A stretch of 64,000 bases of DNA, from NCBI RefSeq assembly GCF_964213995.1, contig NW_027590138.1, positions 1,240,001 to 1,304,000 of the forward strand. The letters are read 5' to 3'. The position numbers were made by a program, and so were the translations under genes. Of this stretch, positions 25,381 through 37,904 are shown in pieces (the first letter of the stretch is position 1; the number at the start of each line of letters is the position of its first letter). Below the pieces are notes generated by a model. The model saw only the letters and a program-made list of their open reading frames with translations. It searched no databases and was not told the origin of the DNA. This DNA comes from Mustelus asterias (lineage: Eukaryota).

Positions 25381-27049
25381 GGTGCAGGTGTCCTTGCTGC
25401 TCTCTTTGGTGGACAATCAGTTGAAGCCTCGTCCACACACAGAACACGGGTACAGTCTCTCCCCGCTGTGAATGGTGTGATATTTATTCAGACTGTGTAA
25501 CTGGTTAAAGCTCTTTAGTCAGTGCACTGGAACACTCTCACTCAAGTGTGGCAGTGTGTTGCTGCTTTTCCAGTCACACTGATGTTTGAAATCTTTTCAA
25601 ATCAACAGACTGGACAATCATTTCTCCTTCTAGATTCAAAGTCCGATGATATTCAGCTCCCAAGGAATATGACTCTGTCAGATCTCGACGTGATGTTTGA
25701 GATTTCGGCCTGTGATTCCTCTTTCAATATCCTATAAAACGAGTTTACAAAAGTCATCAGTGTCAGTACAGGATAGAAATTCAGAACAGACAATTCTAGT
25801 TTCTATGGAACATTCTTTCCTCTCTCATTCCCCAAAAAGCTGTAAGTCTCCATCCCACACACTCTCCCTCCATTCTCACTCTGCTGTATCGAATATTCAC
25901 CCTCCCAATTCTCCTGAAGGTGCTGATTGAGGCTGATTGACAGATCCATGCTCACTGCTTCCTGTCCTGGACACAGAGACCAGAACAAATAGGAGCTGCA
26001 GTCGGCCATTTGGCCCATCGAGCCTTTTAAACTATTCAGTGAGATAATTCGTTCATCTACCTCAGCATCATTCTCCCCACACTAAACCCATATCCCTTGA
26101 TATCCTCAATATCTAGAAACCAATCAATCTCTCTCTTGAAAATAGTTGATGACTGAGGCTTCACTGTCCTCAGGGGTTGAGAATTCCAAATCTTTACCAC
26201 ATCCTTGAGTGAAGAAATCCCCCCACGTATTAGCTTTTGCTCCATCTTCTTGTCTGTTCCCCATAACTCTTGACACCCTTGTCAGTCAAAGATCTGTCTA
26301 ACTGGAATATATTCAATGATCCTCAGCCTCCACTGGTCCCTGTGGAAGAGAAATCCGAAAGACTAACAACCCTCTGAGGGAAGAGATGTCTGGAAATCTA
26401 TAACGTAGCTACAGTTCCATATTACAAGATATTCAGATCCCAAGGAATATGACTCTGTCTAGATGTGACGGTTGAGAGTTTTGCCTGTGATTCCTCGTTC
26501 AAAATCCTGTGAAATGAGTTTGCAAAAGTCATCACAGTCAGTACAGGATAGAAATTCAGAGCAGACAATTCTAGTTTCTATGGAACATTCTTTCCTACTT
26601 CATTCCCAAAAAGTTGTAAATCTCCATCCATATCTATGGATTCTATTTAAAAATGAAAGTGGATGGGCACTTGAAGGAAATAAACTTTCAGGAGAATGGG
26701 GATATAGAGGGGGAATGGGACTGGAATGTTATACAGGGAGTCAGCATGGACTCGAGTTACCGAATGGATTCCTTCTGTGCTGTAATGACTTTATGACTGG
26801 AAATGTATAACATCGCTACAGCATTATATTGTAATGCAAGAAATAATAATTAATGTATTTTATTACAGAAACATAAATAATGTATCTAATCTGGGTACCT
26901 TATAACAAAACTAGACATATCTCCGTCCTATATTAACATACTGTCCCCTTAAATGCCATCCATCCCCTGGGGAAAGCTGCCCTTTAATGTGAACATGAGG
27001 AAAAAGACCATCCTTTTAGACAGACAAATAAATGTGTCAAACTGAGGGA

Positions 27050-27530
27050 GCAAAGGATGTTCACCAGGCTGATTCAGGGAATCACGGAACTGATGTATGA
27101 GGAGAGATTGACGAGGTTAGGATTGTTTTCATTGGAGTTCAGATGAATGAGGGGGTATCTCATAGAGACTTATAAAATTCTAACAGGTCGAGACAGGATA
27201 GATGCAGGGAGGATGTTCCTGATGGAGTCCAGAACCGGGGGTCACAGTCTGAGGATTCAGGGTAGACCATTTAGGACGGAGGTGAGGAGACATTTCTTCA
27301 CCCAAAGAGTGGTCACCCTGTGGAATTTATTACCACAGGAAGTAGTTGGTGCCAAAACATTGAATGTATTCAAGAGGCGGCTGGATATAGCACTTGGGGC
27401 GAATGGGATCACAGGTTATGGGGAAAAAGCAGGATTAGGCTACTCAGTTGGATGATCAGCCATGATCGTAATGAATGGCGGAGCAGGCTCAAAGGGCCAA
27501 ATGGCCTCCTCCTATCTTCTATGTTTCTAT
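27050..27530 (+). mobile_element. CR1 3' fragment
   Basis: MRGYLIETYKIL..FFTQRVVTLWN. Confidence 0.85.
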
Positions 27531-27704
27531 ATCAATGTCTTCCAGAGAGAGAGAGAGGGAGACCTGGGCCAACCTTTCCAGAGTCTGCAGCCTCCCTGGA
27601 TTCACTTCCTTTCCCTTCAGTTGTTGCAAGTCCCCAATTTCCCCCAGAATGAGAAAAGAAATGGAAAGGGGGAGAAAAGAAAGTGTTTTACTCACAGATG
27701 TTGC

Positions 27705-28440
27705 CCTCTTTTAGGTCAAAACAAATAAACAAACTCAAGTTAAATCAGGACAAAGTAAAAGGGGCAGCTCCCCAAAAGGAGGAGGAACAGCCTGAACAGA
27801 AATCAAAGTACAAAGGAAACTTAAAAACATCAAATTAAAATGTGATTATTAGGGTCAATAATGCACCCCAACCCATGCAGTGCCCAACGGGCACGGAAGG
27901 CGTCAACCGCGCCCGTGGACACCGCATGCTCCCTCTCCAGGGACACCCAGCCGCGAACGTAGCTGCGGTAGAGGGGAAGACAGTCAGGATGGACGGCCCC
28001 CTCGATCGCCCGGTGCCTGGACATGTAAATGGCGCATTTCGCCAATCCCAGGAGCAGGTTCACGAGGAGGTCGCCATCCCGACCCCAACAAAAAGAGAGT
28101 GCAACCTAAGACACAAAACATAGACATGGTCCACGGACTCCACAAGGCCACAGAAGGGGCAAGCTTCATAGCCCGTGAACCAGTGAATCCTACGGTTGTG
28201 CGGAACTGCTGCATGCATCACCCTTCACCCCAGGTCCCCGATGTAATTGGGGCAATCCCTCCATAGAGGGACCTCTACGGAAACAAGGCCCGCCAAGGTG
28301 TATCTGCGCGACAGGCGAGGAGGCGGCAGTGGAAGGTGTGCAGCAGCAGCCCGCACAGGAAACGCCTCCGCGCGGTAGAAAAAGACACAGAGGTGGAGAG
28401 AATGTTTATCCTCCTACCCTGACCTTGACCCGGGAGCCGT
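27705..28440 (-). mobile_element. Tx1/L1-like ORF2 C-terminal fragment
   Basis: LLLGLAKCAIYMSR...VSLEREHAVSTGAVDAFRARW followed by a T-rich 3' UTR; GC-rich. Confidence 0.6.
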
Positions 28441-28529
28441 AAAGGTTGGTGAGAGTCGTAGCGGACATGCCAAATTTCCTTAGTCTTCTGGGAAAGTTGG
28501 TGGGGCTTACTTATCTACAGTGTAATTTT

Positions 28530-28913
28530 TCGTTAGAGAGAAGAAGGTTAAGAGGTGACTTAATAGAGGCGTACAAGATGATCAGAGGATTAGATAGGGT
28601 GGACAGTGAGAGCCTTTTTCCTCGGATGGTGATAGCTAGCACGAGGGGACATAGCTTTAAATTGAGGGGTGATAGATATAGGACAGATGTCAGAGGTAGG
28701 TTCTTCACTCAGAGAGTAGTAAGGGCGTGGAATGCCCTGCCTACAGCAGTAGTGGACTCACCAACATTAAGGGCATTTAAATGGTCATTGGGGATAAACA
28801 TATGGATGGTATTGGAATAGTGTAGATGAGAGGGGCTTTGGATTGGTTTCACAGGTCGGCGCAACATTGAGGGCTGAAGGGCCTGTACTGCGCTGTAATG
28901 TTCTATGTTCTAT
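28530..28913 (+). mobile_element. CR1 3' end
   Basis: SLERRRLRGDLIEAYK..FFTQRVVRAWNALP; TTCTATG tail. Confidence 0.88.
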
Positions 28914-29084
28914 GCTGTCAGATCTGCAGAGATTTTCCAGCATTTTCTGTTTTTATTTCCCTTTCTTTTTCCTTCTCTGTCACCGCTCTGTCTCATCAAT
29001 AAGACATTGGGACTCAGAGGGTTGATGCAGTTTGATGGACAAGTTGTCTCCATTCTGAACACTGGGGAACAAGCGCCTCCCACT

Positions 29085-29490
29085 CATTGACAACATTGCC
29101 CTCTACAAACATGGCGGCCGCACGTGCGCACTGCTCCATATTGCCCCCAATAAAGATGGCGAACGTTAACCCGGGACGAACACGAGGAGCTGCAGCCCCG
29201 CTCGGTACAAACTGGGTCCGGGAAGCTCTCTTCCGCGGTTTGCGGCTTACACAACATGCTTACGTAGCGTTTCCACCCACCTGGGCGATCCATTGCTCTC
29301 TCCGTACCGCCAATCACCTCGAACAGATTTCCGAGCCCAAAACAAAAGCCGTTTTCCATCGCCATTACTCACACTGCGCATGCTCGAGTTAAAGTTGGCC
29401 CCGCCCCTCGTTCGCTCCTATTGGTTGCACTGCCCCCTCTTCCCATTGGCCCGCGTTGCCGTCAATCAGCCGGGCATTGTGACGGTGACT
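29085..29490 (-). promoter_or_regulatory. ZNF promoter cassette (duplicate of 630-1060)
   Basis: YY1, NRF1, GC-box and CCAAT motifs retained. Confidence 0.7.
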
Positions 29491-29524
29491 TGCTGCTTGT
29501 CCAATAATCACAGTGACAGAGTCT

Positions 29525-30140
29525 CAGTGTAACAATGACACACACAGGCTCCAATACAATCAGAGTGGGGATGGAGCACAGAGACAACACAGCAAAGCAC
29601 TGACTTACTCTGAGTGTAACAATGACACACACAGGCTCCAATACAATCAGAGTGGGGATGGAGCACAGAGACAACACAGCAAAGCACTGACTTACTCTGA
29701 GTGTAACAATGACACACACAGGCTCCAATACAATCAGAGTGGGGGTGGAGCACAGAGACAACACAGCAAAGCACTGACTTACTCTGAGTGTAACAGTGAC
29801 ACACACAGGCTCCAATACAATCAGAGTGGGGATGGAGCACAGAGACAACACAGCAAAGCACTGACTTACTCTGAGTGTAACAGTGACACACACAGGCTCC
29901 AATACAATCAGAGTGGGGATGGAGCACAGAGACAACACAGCAAAGCACTGACTTACTCTGAGTGTAACAATGACACACACAGGCTCCAATACAATCAGAG
30001 TGGGGATGGAGCACAGAGACAACACAGCAAAGCACTGACTTACTCTGAGTGTAACAATGACACACACAGACTCCAATACAATCAGAGTGGAGATGGGGCA
30101 CAGAGACAACACAGCAAAGCACTGACTTACTCTGAGTGCA
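29525..30140. repeat. 87-bp tandem repeat x7
   Basis: Unit TGAGTGTAACAATGACACACACAGGCTCC...CACTGACTTACTC; one unit at the paralogous site ~2520-2610. Confidence 0.95.
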
Positions 30141-30391
30141 ACAAATACAATGTTTGTTCAAATAATAAGAGTCACGTTGCAGTATGTTAGCGAACACAGC
30201 ATTAGATCCAATGTAATGGTAATACAGTCAGTATCTAGTGCACCATAACCAAAGTTTAGGTTTCATTTGATAGTGTGAGTGAGTCATGGTCTATTGATAT
30301 AATGTATTTAGATTCCGGTGTGTGTTACTCTGCCACTGTCAGTATCAAACAATAACCTGTCTGTTATTCCAATTCTGCTGTATTTTACAAC

Positions 30392-30607
30392 GTCGATGGT
30401 TGTCATGATGTGGAGATGCTGGCGTTGGACTGGGGTGAACACAATAAGAGTTTTAACAACACCAGGTTAAAGTCCAACAGGTTTATTTGGTAGCAAATAC
30501 CATTAGCTTTCGGAGCGCTGACGAAGGAGCAGCACTCCGAAAGATAATGGTATTTGCTACCAAATAAACCTGTTGGACTTTAACCTGGTGTTGTTAAAAC
30601 TCTTACT
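30392..30607. mobile_element. Palindromic Penelope mini-insertion with central hammerhead-like core
   Basis: ~70-bp inverted arms around CTGACGAAGGAGCAGCACTCCGAAA; duplicated target CTGTATTTTACAAC; absent from copy 1 (~2855). Confidence 0.85.
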
Positions 30608-31908
30608 GTATTTTACAACTGCAGCTCCTGGGGCTGATTGGAGTCTGGTATAATAATCACAAAGGTCGGTTTCAGTGTCTCTGAGGTCATTTTAACTGCA
30701 GGTAATCTGACATTAAGGGAGACAAGAGGCCCAACAAACATTTGATTATAATAGGAGGACAAAGTGTAAGGGAACAATGATATTTTAAGGTGTCTGTGTT
30801 ATGGTGAGTGTTACTGGGAGGTGAGTGATAAAATACAAGTGGAAACATCACGACAGATACATGTGACTGATTCGGCCTGACTGAGAGCTGTTATACTCGA
30901 GGCGAGAATAATGAGGACATGGGGAACTCCAGGGATTTCTGATATCTGAGGTGTATCTGTTCGAGGAACTGAAAATAATCAGTTCCTCCTCATGGTTATC
31001 TCCAGTTCTCAAGTTACACAGACACACAGGAAAGAGATCTGACAGCTCATCAAACACAATATTTTAATCTTCTGTTTGAGACACATTATAATCGAAAAGA
31101 TCAAATATTAAAACCTGAGGAGAGAAACATTCAGAATGTCACAAAGATGAGTGAACTGTCCAATTAATCCCATTCTCCATAACTCTGCCAATTTACCTTC
31201 TGCAAGTATTTATCCAATTCCCTTTGAAAGTTACTAGTAAACCTGTTTCTAGCACCTGTCAGTTTGTGCATTCCAGATCATATGAAGTTATTGTGTAAAA
31301 CATTCTCCTTATCACCCCCTCCAATTCTGTTGTCAATTAAATTAAATCTCTGTATCCTCTGCTTACAGACCTTCCTGCACCAAGGAAATCGATTCTCTCC
31401 ATCGACAGACCCTCCTGCTCCTGGGAGATAATTTCTCTCCATTGATACTATCATTAATCATTTGTCATTTTAAACACCTCTATTAAATCTCCCCATCACA
31501 TTCCCTGATCTAAGATGGATAACCCATGTTTTTCCTGCCCTGAAGAATAAATGGACTCAAAATGTTAACTCTCTGAACAGATGCCGCCGGACCTGCCGGG
31601 TTTTTCTGCTTTTCTCCCTGTTTATCCCTCTATAATCAATCAGAAACTCTTCATGATTTTGAACATCTTGATCAAATAGGAACACACAGAGCCTGAGAGA
31701 GGTACAGAGGGAGAGACAGAAAGACTGAGAGAAAAATTGAGAAAGATTTTAAAAAGCAGGAAGATGAGGCGGTCAAAGATAAAAGCTGAGAAACAGAGGA
31801 AACAAGCAATACAGAGAGAATGATATAGAATATAAGGGAGCAGGCTATCAGTTCCCAGCTATGGGGAGCAGAGTCGGCATCTCCACGTCAGAGCAGAGGG
31901 AACTCAGT

Positions 31909-32249
31909 GGGCGGCACAGTAGCACAGTGGTTAGCACTGCTGCTTCACAGCTCCAGGGACCTGGGTTCGATTCCGGCTCGGGTCACTGTCTGTGTGGAGT
32001 TTGCACATTCTCCTCGTGTCTGCGTGGGTTTCCTCCGGGTGCTCCAGTTTCCTCCCACAGTCCAAAGATGTGTGGGTTAGGCTGATTGGCCATGCTAAAT
32101 TTGCCCCTTAGTTTTCTGAGATGTGTAGGTTAGAGGGATTAGCGGGTAAAAATATGGAGGGATATGGGGGTAGGGCCTGGGTGGGATTGTGGTCGGTACA
32201 GACTCGATGGGCCAAATGGCCTCTTTCTGCACTGTAGGGTTTCTATGAT
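31909..32249 (+). mobile_element. HE1-like SINE, full length, inserted after the duplication
   Basis: Head, core and tail intact; TCAGT duplication; empty site at ~4068. Confidence 0.92.
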
Positions 32250-34135
32250 TCAGTAACTGATCCACAGACACAGCTGGTTATATCTGCAAATGGAAACTCT
32301 GAACAGAAATAACTGGCTCATTTGTAAATGTCACCACAATGTGATCTGTGTGACTCTGCCCTGACTCTGTGGACAGATATAGGTCACATTGACAGATGTT
32401 CTCACCAGATTGTTGTCCCTGGATTTATTTTCTGCTTAGAACTGAGATGTGAGGTTTGGAACCGGCAGCAGAGAAACAGGAAGTTGTGTTACCTGAGAGT
32501 GAAACAGCCGGTGTCAGTTTGATGTTATCACCATGAACAGTCTTCCTGTCTGTGAGGGTGAACTCACTCTGACAGCATCAAGAACAACCACACAGATTGC
32601 TGCCGGTCTCAGCATTACATTCAGCTCCATTCCCATTTTAAACAATAAAGAAAGGAGATTATTATGGATTTTTAACACATTCACTGAATTGGGAGATGGA
32701 CTGAGGGTCATCAGTGGGAGAAATGAGGAGGAATTAGAGAACAAATGAGTTTTCCCAAAGAGGGTTATTAGAAAAGAGGAGATTTAAAGTGAGTCAGGGC
32801 CTGTCAGAGGCAGTGGGAGAGAGAAACAGAGAGGATTGAATCTCCATCAATTACATGTTTTCTCAGGCAGCGAAGAGAGATGAAGTGTGTTTGTGCTTTT
32901 TCAGAGAGAGGTAATGAGAGAGAGAAAACAATGAACAAGTATAAGCAGATCTGAAATAGGAAGGTTAAATGAGTGAGTGTTTGAAAGAAAGATAGAGAGA
33001 CATTAAGTGACGAAGACAGTTTCTGAGAGGAGAGAGGTTAAGTGAAAATGAGAGAGGAGCGAGGTTAGAGTGTAAGAGAGGTGGAAGGTGAGGTAAGTGT
33101 GAGTGAATGCCTGGAGAGAGAGAGAGACGTTCAGTGAGTGTGAGAGAGATGAGAGATGTTGAGTGATTGAGTTTCTGAGAGAGAGGAGATGTTAAGTGAG
33201 TGAATGTCTGAAAGAGAGGAGAGCAGGTTCACACCCAGGGGTCACTGAGGATGATCAAAATAAGGAGATCACCCAGAAAACTACCAACAGGAAACTTCAG
33301 CTGAACACATCACTCATTCTTAAATGATCAGTCAGGGCTCTGGTGCTGCTCAGCTTCTCTCTGTTCTGTTCATAATGGTTAAAGGCTGATAGGAGTGAGG
33401 TTTATTTAAAAGGATAGTGTATGGGAAGCACACAACAAAACTGAGAATTCTTGGACACACACTGCAGCTCCTTCTCTATCTGGGAATCAAATTGTTGTCT
33501 AATTGTCCCAGCAGTTAACAGGCTCCTTTGAACTTCTCCAGCTGCTACTTTGATGCAGACTTCAACCAATTTATTTGAAGCCAGTTTCTGTTCAATAAAC
33601 CAGGACTGACACACACACACATTAAAACGTTTTAGACTTTTTTTCATTTTTAGTCTGGAAACCTAAACCTGCCGTTTCACTCTCAGTCAGGAATAGATCC
33701 CAGTTTTACACCAATCTTTGACAGCACGTTTCCAGCATTCACCATTGTTCTTCCTGACTCTAAACACAGTTGTAAAGGAGCTTCTTTTCCGTGTCTAGGA
33801 GCTCGGAACCATGGAAAAGAGCGACTGGGACACATTTTTTTCACACCTCAGGATTCACCCACGCGGGGACTTTGCTGTCAGTGGAAAGTGACGAAAAAGA
33901 CCAAAGTGCTGTGTGTCCCTCTCAGCGTGACCCTGAAGGACTGGGTCAAGAATGAAGTTCTGTTCCTACTGTATGATCCTCCCTCAGATTGCCCTTTCTG
34001 AGCTCCAGCCTGGTGACGTTAAACACTCAAATGGAAAAGACAAAAATCTACAACAATGATTCAATCAAATGTCTATTTCACATTTATTCAGAATATCAAA
34101 CCTCAACAGAAGAAAAAAGTCAGAGTGAACATGAT

Positions 34136-35460
34136 TCAGACCTGGATATGATTAACAGCATCGATAAGTGTAGAATCCAAACCTTGCAGTCCCTTGTGAA
34201 CTCGCCGGTGTGTTAGCAGGTGGGATGACTGAATAAATCCCTTTCCACAGACATTACAGGTGAACGGCCTCTCCCCAGTGTGAACTCGCTGGTGTTTCAG
34301 AAGATAAGATAAATGAGAAAATCCCTTCCCACAAACAGAGCAGGTAAATGGCCTCTCCCCACTGTGAACTCTCTGATGTGTCAGCACGTTGGATGACTGA
34401 CTGAATCCCTTCCCACACGTGGAGCAGGTGAACGGCCTTTCCCCAGTGTGAACTCGCTGGTGATTCAATAAGTTGGATGAACGAGTGAATCCCTTCCCAC
34501 AAACGGAGCAAGTGAATGGCCTTTCCTCACTGTGAACCTGCTGGTGTGTCAGAAGGTTGTATGAACGGGTGAATCCCTTCCCACACACGGAGCAAGTGAA
34601 TGGCCTCTCCTCACTGTGAACCTGCTGGTGTGTCAGAAGGTTGTATGAATGGGTGAATCCCTTCCCACAGTCTGAGCAGGTGAACGGTCGATCCCCTGTA
34701 TGGAACTGCTGGTGTATCAGAAGGTTGGATGAATTAATAAATCCCTTCCCACAGTCTGAGCAGGTCATAGAAATCATAGAAACCCTACAGTGCAGAAGGA
34801 GGCCATTCGGCCCATCGAGTCTGCACCGACCACAATCCCACCCAGGCCCTACCCCCACAAGGGCCTCTCCCCAGTGTGAATTCTCTGGTGGTTCAGTAGG
34901 GCAGATGGGCAGCTGAATCCCTTCCCACACACACAGCAGGTGAATGGCCTCTCCCCAGTGTGAGTATATTGGTGCGTCAGCAGATCCTTTTTGTTTTTAA
35001 AGCTCTTCGCACAGTCAGAACAATTAAAAAGTTTGTTATCAGAGTGAACAAGTTGATGTGTCTGCAAGTGGGATGACTGAATGAATCCTTTCCCACACAC
35101 AGAGCAGGTGAACGGTCTCTCCCCAGTGTGAATTCGTTGGTGTGTCAGCAGATCTTTTTTGCATTTAAAACTCTTCTCACAGTCAGAACATGTAAACAGT
35201 TTCTCATCAGTGTGAACAAGTTGGTGTGTCACAATGTGGGATGAGCGAGTGAATCCCTTCCCACACACAGGGCAGGTGAACGGCCTCTCCCCAGTGTGAA
35301 CCCGTTGGTGAGTCAGAAGATTGTATGAATGGGTGAATCCCTTCCCACAGACGGAGCAGGTGAACGGTCTCTCCCCAGTGTGACTGCGCCGATGAACTTC
35401 CAATTGTGATGGGAAACCGAATCCCTTCCCACAATCCACACATTCCCACGGTTTCTCCAT
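34136..35460 (-). pseudogene. ZNF-A' (14 fingers), disrupted by a SINE tail insertion
   Basis: Paralog of ZNF-A with one extra duplicated finger; a 93-bp insert at 34766-34858 shifts the frame (HTGERPLWG*). Confidence 0.88.
34766..34858 (-). mobile_element. HE1 SINE 3' fragment inside ZNF coding sequence
   Basis: CATAGAAATCATAGAAACCCTACAGTGCAGAAGGAGGCCATTCGGCCC; empty site at ~6499. Confidence 0.9.
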
Positions 35461-36042
35461 GGTGCTGGTGTCCTTGTGCTTCTCCAAGTTGGATGATCAG
35501 TTAAAGCCTGGTCCACACACACAACATACAGATAGTTTCACCCTGCTGTGAAAAGTGTTATGTTTCTTCAGGCTGTGTAACTGTTTAAAGATCTTTCCAC
35601 AGTCAGTTCGCTGGAACACTCTCACTCGGGTGTGGGTTTGTCCCGATACTTTTCCGGTCACACTGATGTTAAATTTCTTTGCCCACAGGCAGAACAGACA
35701 AATATTTCTCCTTCCACATTCAAAGGCCGATGATATTCAGCTCCTAAGAACTGAATAACTTTGTCAGATGTGATGTCCGGTTTGAGTTTTCCGACTGCCG
35801 TTCCTTCACTTCGAATATCCTGTAAAAAAGTTTAGAAAAGTCATCACTGTCAGAACTGGATAAAAATTCTGAACAATTCCAGTTTCTCTGGAACATTTTT
35901 TCCTCTCTTGTTCCCCCAAATCTGTAAATCCCCGTCCCACACACTCTCCCTCCTCCCTGGGCTGAAATCCAAACCCATCTCCACCATTTCTTTCCTCCAC
36001 TCCCAGTTTTCTCCCTCCCTCTCCTCTGTCTGGGTTCAGTTC

Positions 36043-36244
36043 ATGATGTGGTTTTAAGACTTGATGAGCTGTAAGTATTCGCATTCCAACCATTATTCTG
36101 TAAATTGAGTTTGTGTCTTTATATGCCCTGTTTGTGAACAGAATTCCCACTCACCTGATGAAGGAGCAGCGCTCCGAAAGCTTGTGGCTTTTGCGACCAA
36201 ATAAACCTGTTGTACTTTAACCTGGTGTTGTTAAACTTCTTACT
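36043..36244 (+). mobile_element. Penelope terminal fragment with hammerhead motif (36148-36187)
   Basis: CAC-CTGATGA-A-GGAGC agc GCTCC-GAAAGCTT-GTG; duplicated target CTGGGTTCAGTTC; empty site at ~7672. Confidence 0.88.
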
Positions 36245-36519
36245 GGGTTCAGTTCTCCAGCTCCTGTCTGCAGACTGACAATAAAACCAATGGGTCTTAT
36301 TGGGGGTGTTGGGGCCTCCAGCGGGTGTTTGAGAATCCTCCCCGCCCACCTCCCAGGGTTTCCTTCCTTCCCAGAGATCAGAACCCTCATTGATTTGAGG
36401 CCAAAGTGTAACCTCTTATTTATTGTCCCCCTCCCCCATCCTCTGATGTGAACCATCCTCCAGTGGCTGAGCCAGGATGGGGCCGTTAACCTGGGCCTGT
36501 TCCCGGGAGGGAGGGAGGG

Positions 36520-36830
36520 AGAAGCCCCGCAGCTGCAAACCAGGGAGCTGACAATGATTCTGAAGGGTTTGCGGATCCACAAAGTGTTTCCAAATCCTCC
36601 CAGCCACCGCCTAACGCTGACTCCGCTTCTCCGGGACAAACAAGCGCCAAGGCCAGCAATGACAATGCGCATGCTCCACATCACAATGCCCGGGCACTGA
36701 TTGACGGCAGCTCCGGACCAATAGGAAGAGGGGGCGGGGCTGGAGGACCGAGCGGGAGCGGCTGGTCCTCCAACCAATCAGAGTGAATGAGAGGCGGGGC
36801 TGAGCCCGGATCTCCCTCATTGGCTGAAAC
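36520..36830. promoter_or_regulatory. Promoter cassette upstream of ZNF-A'
   Basis: TGCGCATGCTC, CCAAT and GGGGCGGGG modules. Confidence 0.7.
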
Positions 36831-37904
36831 TCTGCATCATTGTGAAAGCTGCTTTGTGTCAAACTCCAGGAGAAAACTGGACCTTTCTGTTTGTGGCTTC
36901 AAACAGATGAGCGGAAAGGAAGGGATCTGGAAAGCAGCAGACACCAGGTTATTCTGGGAGAAATAGGATCTCTGCAATGTCAGGTTTCACACAGCACACG
37001 GGCAGCCTGTGGTTTCACCCTGGATGGAGAATCTCCGAATTGCATCATTCAAATCACTCCATGGAATTCTCAGGAACCACATTGTTTGTTTGGAGAGGAA
37101 GGCTTGTAGTACAGTTAATGAAAAGCAGCACACAGCTAAACACAGAGGCCCACACACTCTCTCCCGCAGTCACACACAAACGGACATCTTCTCAACGCAC
37201 AGAAACCCACGTATATCAACAGGTACATGCACAGAGGATATACGCAGATTTACTCCATGATACACACATGGATACACTTACTCACACACAAATATACACA
37301 CGGGACACTTACTGTCTTTTGGGGCGGACAACGCTCACCCATCTGTCTAATATTCGGGATAAAGCCACAAAGTTCAAGAAATTTCGGGAAAAATGACCCT
37401 CCAAGGACAACGAGCAGTCTTGACCATCCAATATTCGACCTTCTTCTCTGAAACAGAATCTTACATTCAGCACAGAAACAACAACAAACACTAACATTAA
37501 ACATTCCGTTCCCACCCTATGTTATCAGGCCCATTTGGAGAAAGTAGACAATGCAGAATATCTCAGGATAATTGCAGCCACTAATTTTCCTTTTGTAATT
37601 ACAGAAATGCTCATCCTCTCATATTGATCATCTAGTTGTTGAAGGAAATAGTGATCGTCTCGTTATTGAAGGAAATTCTAAGACAGGTTAGAAGGAGAAA
37701 AAAAATCTAATGTTATTGTAACTGTGCAGTCCAATATTCCCTTGGCCCTAATCCTTGCTGCTCTAATCTGATAGGATTAGATATATTGCACAATACCTAG
37801 CAGGTGCCATTGACATTGTACATCTTCACTATCAATAATACTCCTAACTTAGTATCATCCACAAACTTACTAACCATGCATTGTACATTCACATCCAAAT
37901 TTGT

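Larger units (their letters stand above)
23105..27700. repeat. Inverted duplication of ~10130-14870 (ZNF-B unit)
   Basis: Shared intron start, acceptor, degenerate 5' fingers, 3' UTR and downstream CR1 in opposite orientation. Confidence 0.85.
28912..36800. repeat. Segmental duplication copy 2
   Basis: Colinear with 455-8245 apart from copy-specific insertions. Confidence 0.95.

Noticed and set aside
24242-25447. Long alternative-frame ORFs over ZNF arrays ([14 protein letters not shown].., [15 protein letters not shown]..)
   Set aside because: Expected shadows of the 84-bp finger repeat
29462-30197. Repetitive ORFs of 216-229 aa
   Set aside because: Produced by the 87-bp VNTR; non-ATG starts; the paralog has one unit
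31909-31985. tRNA-like A/B boxes
   Set aside because: SINE heads, not tRNA genes; no complete cloverleaf
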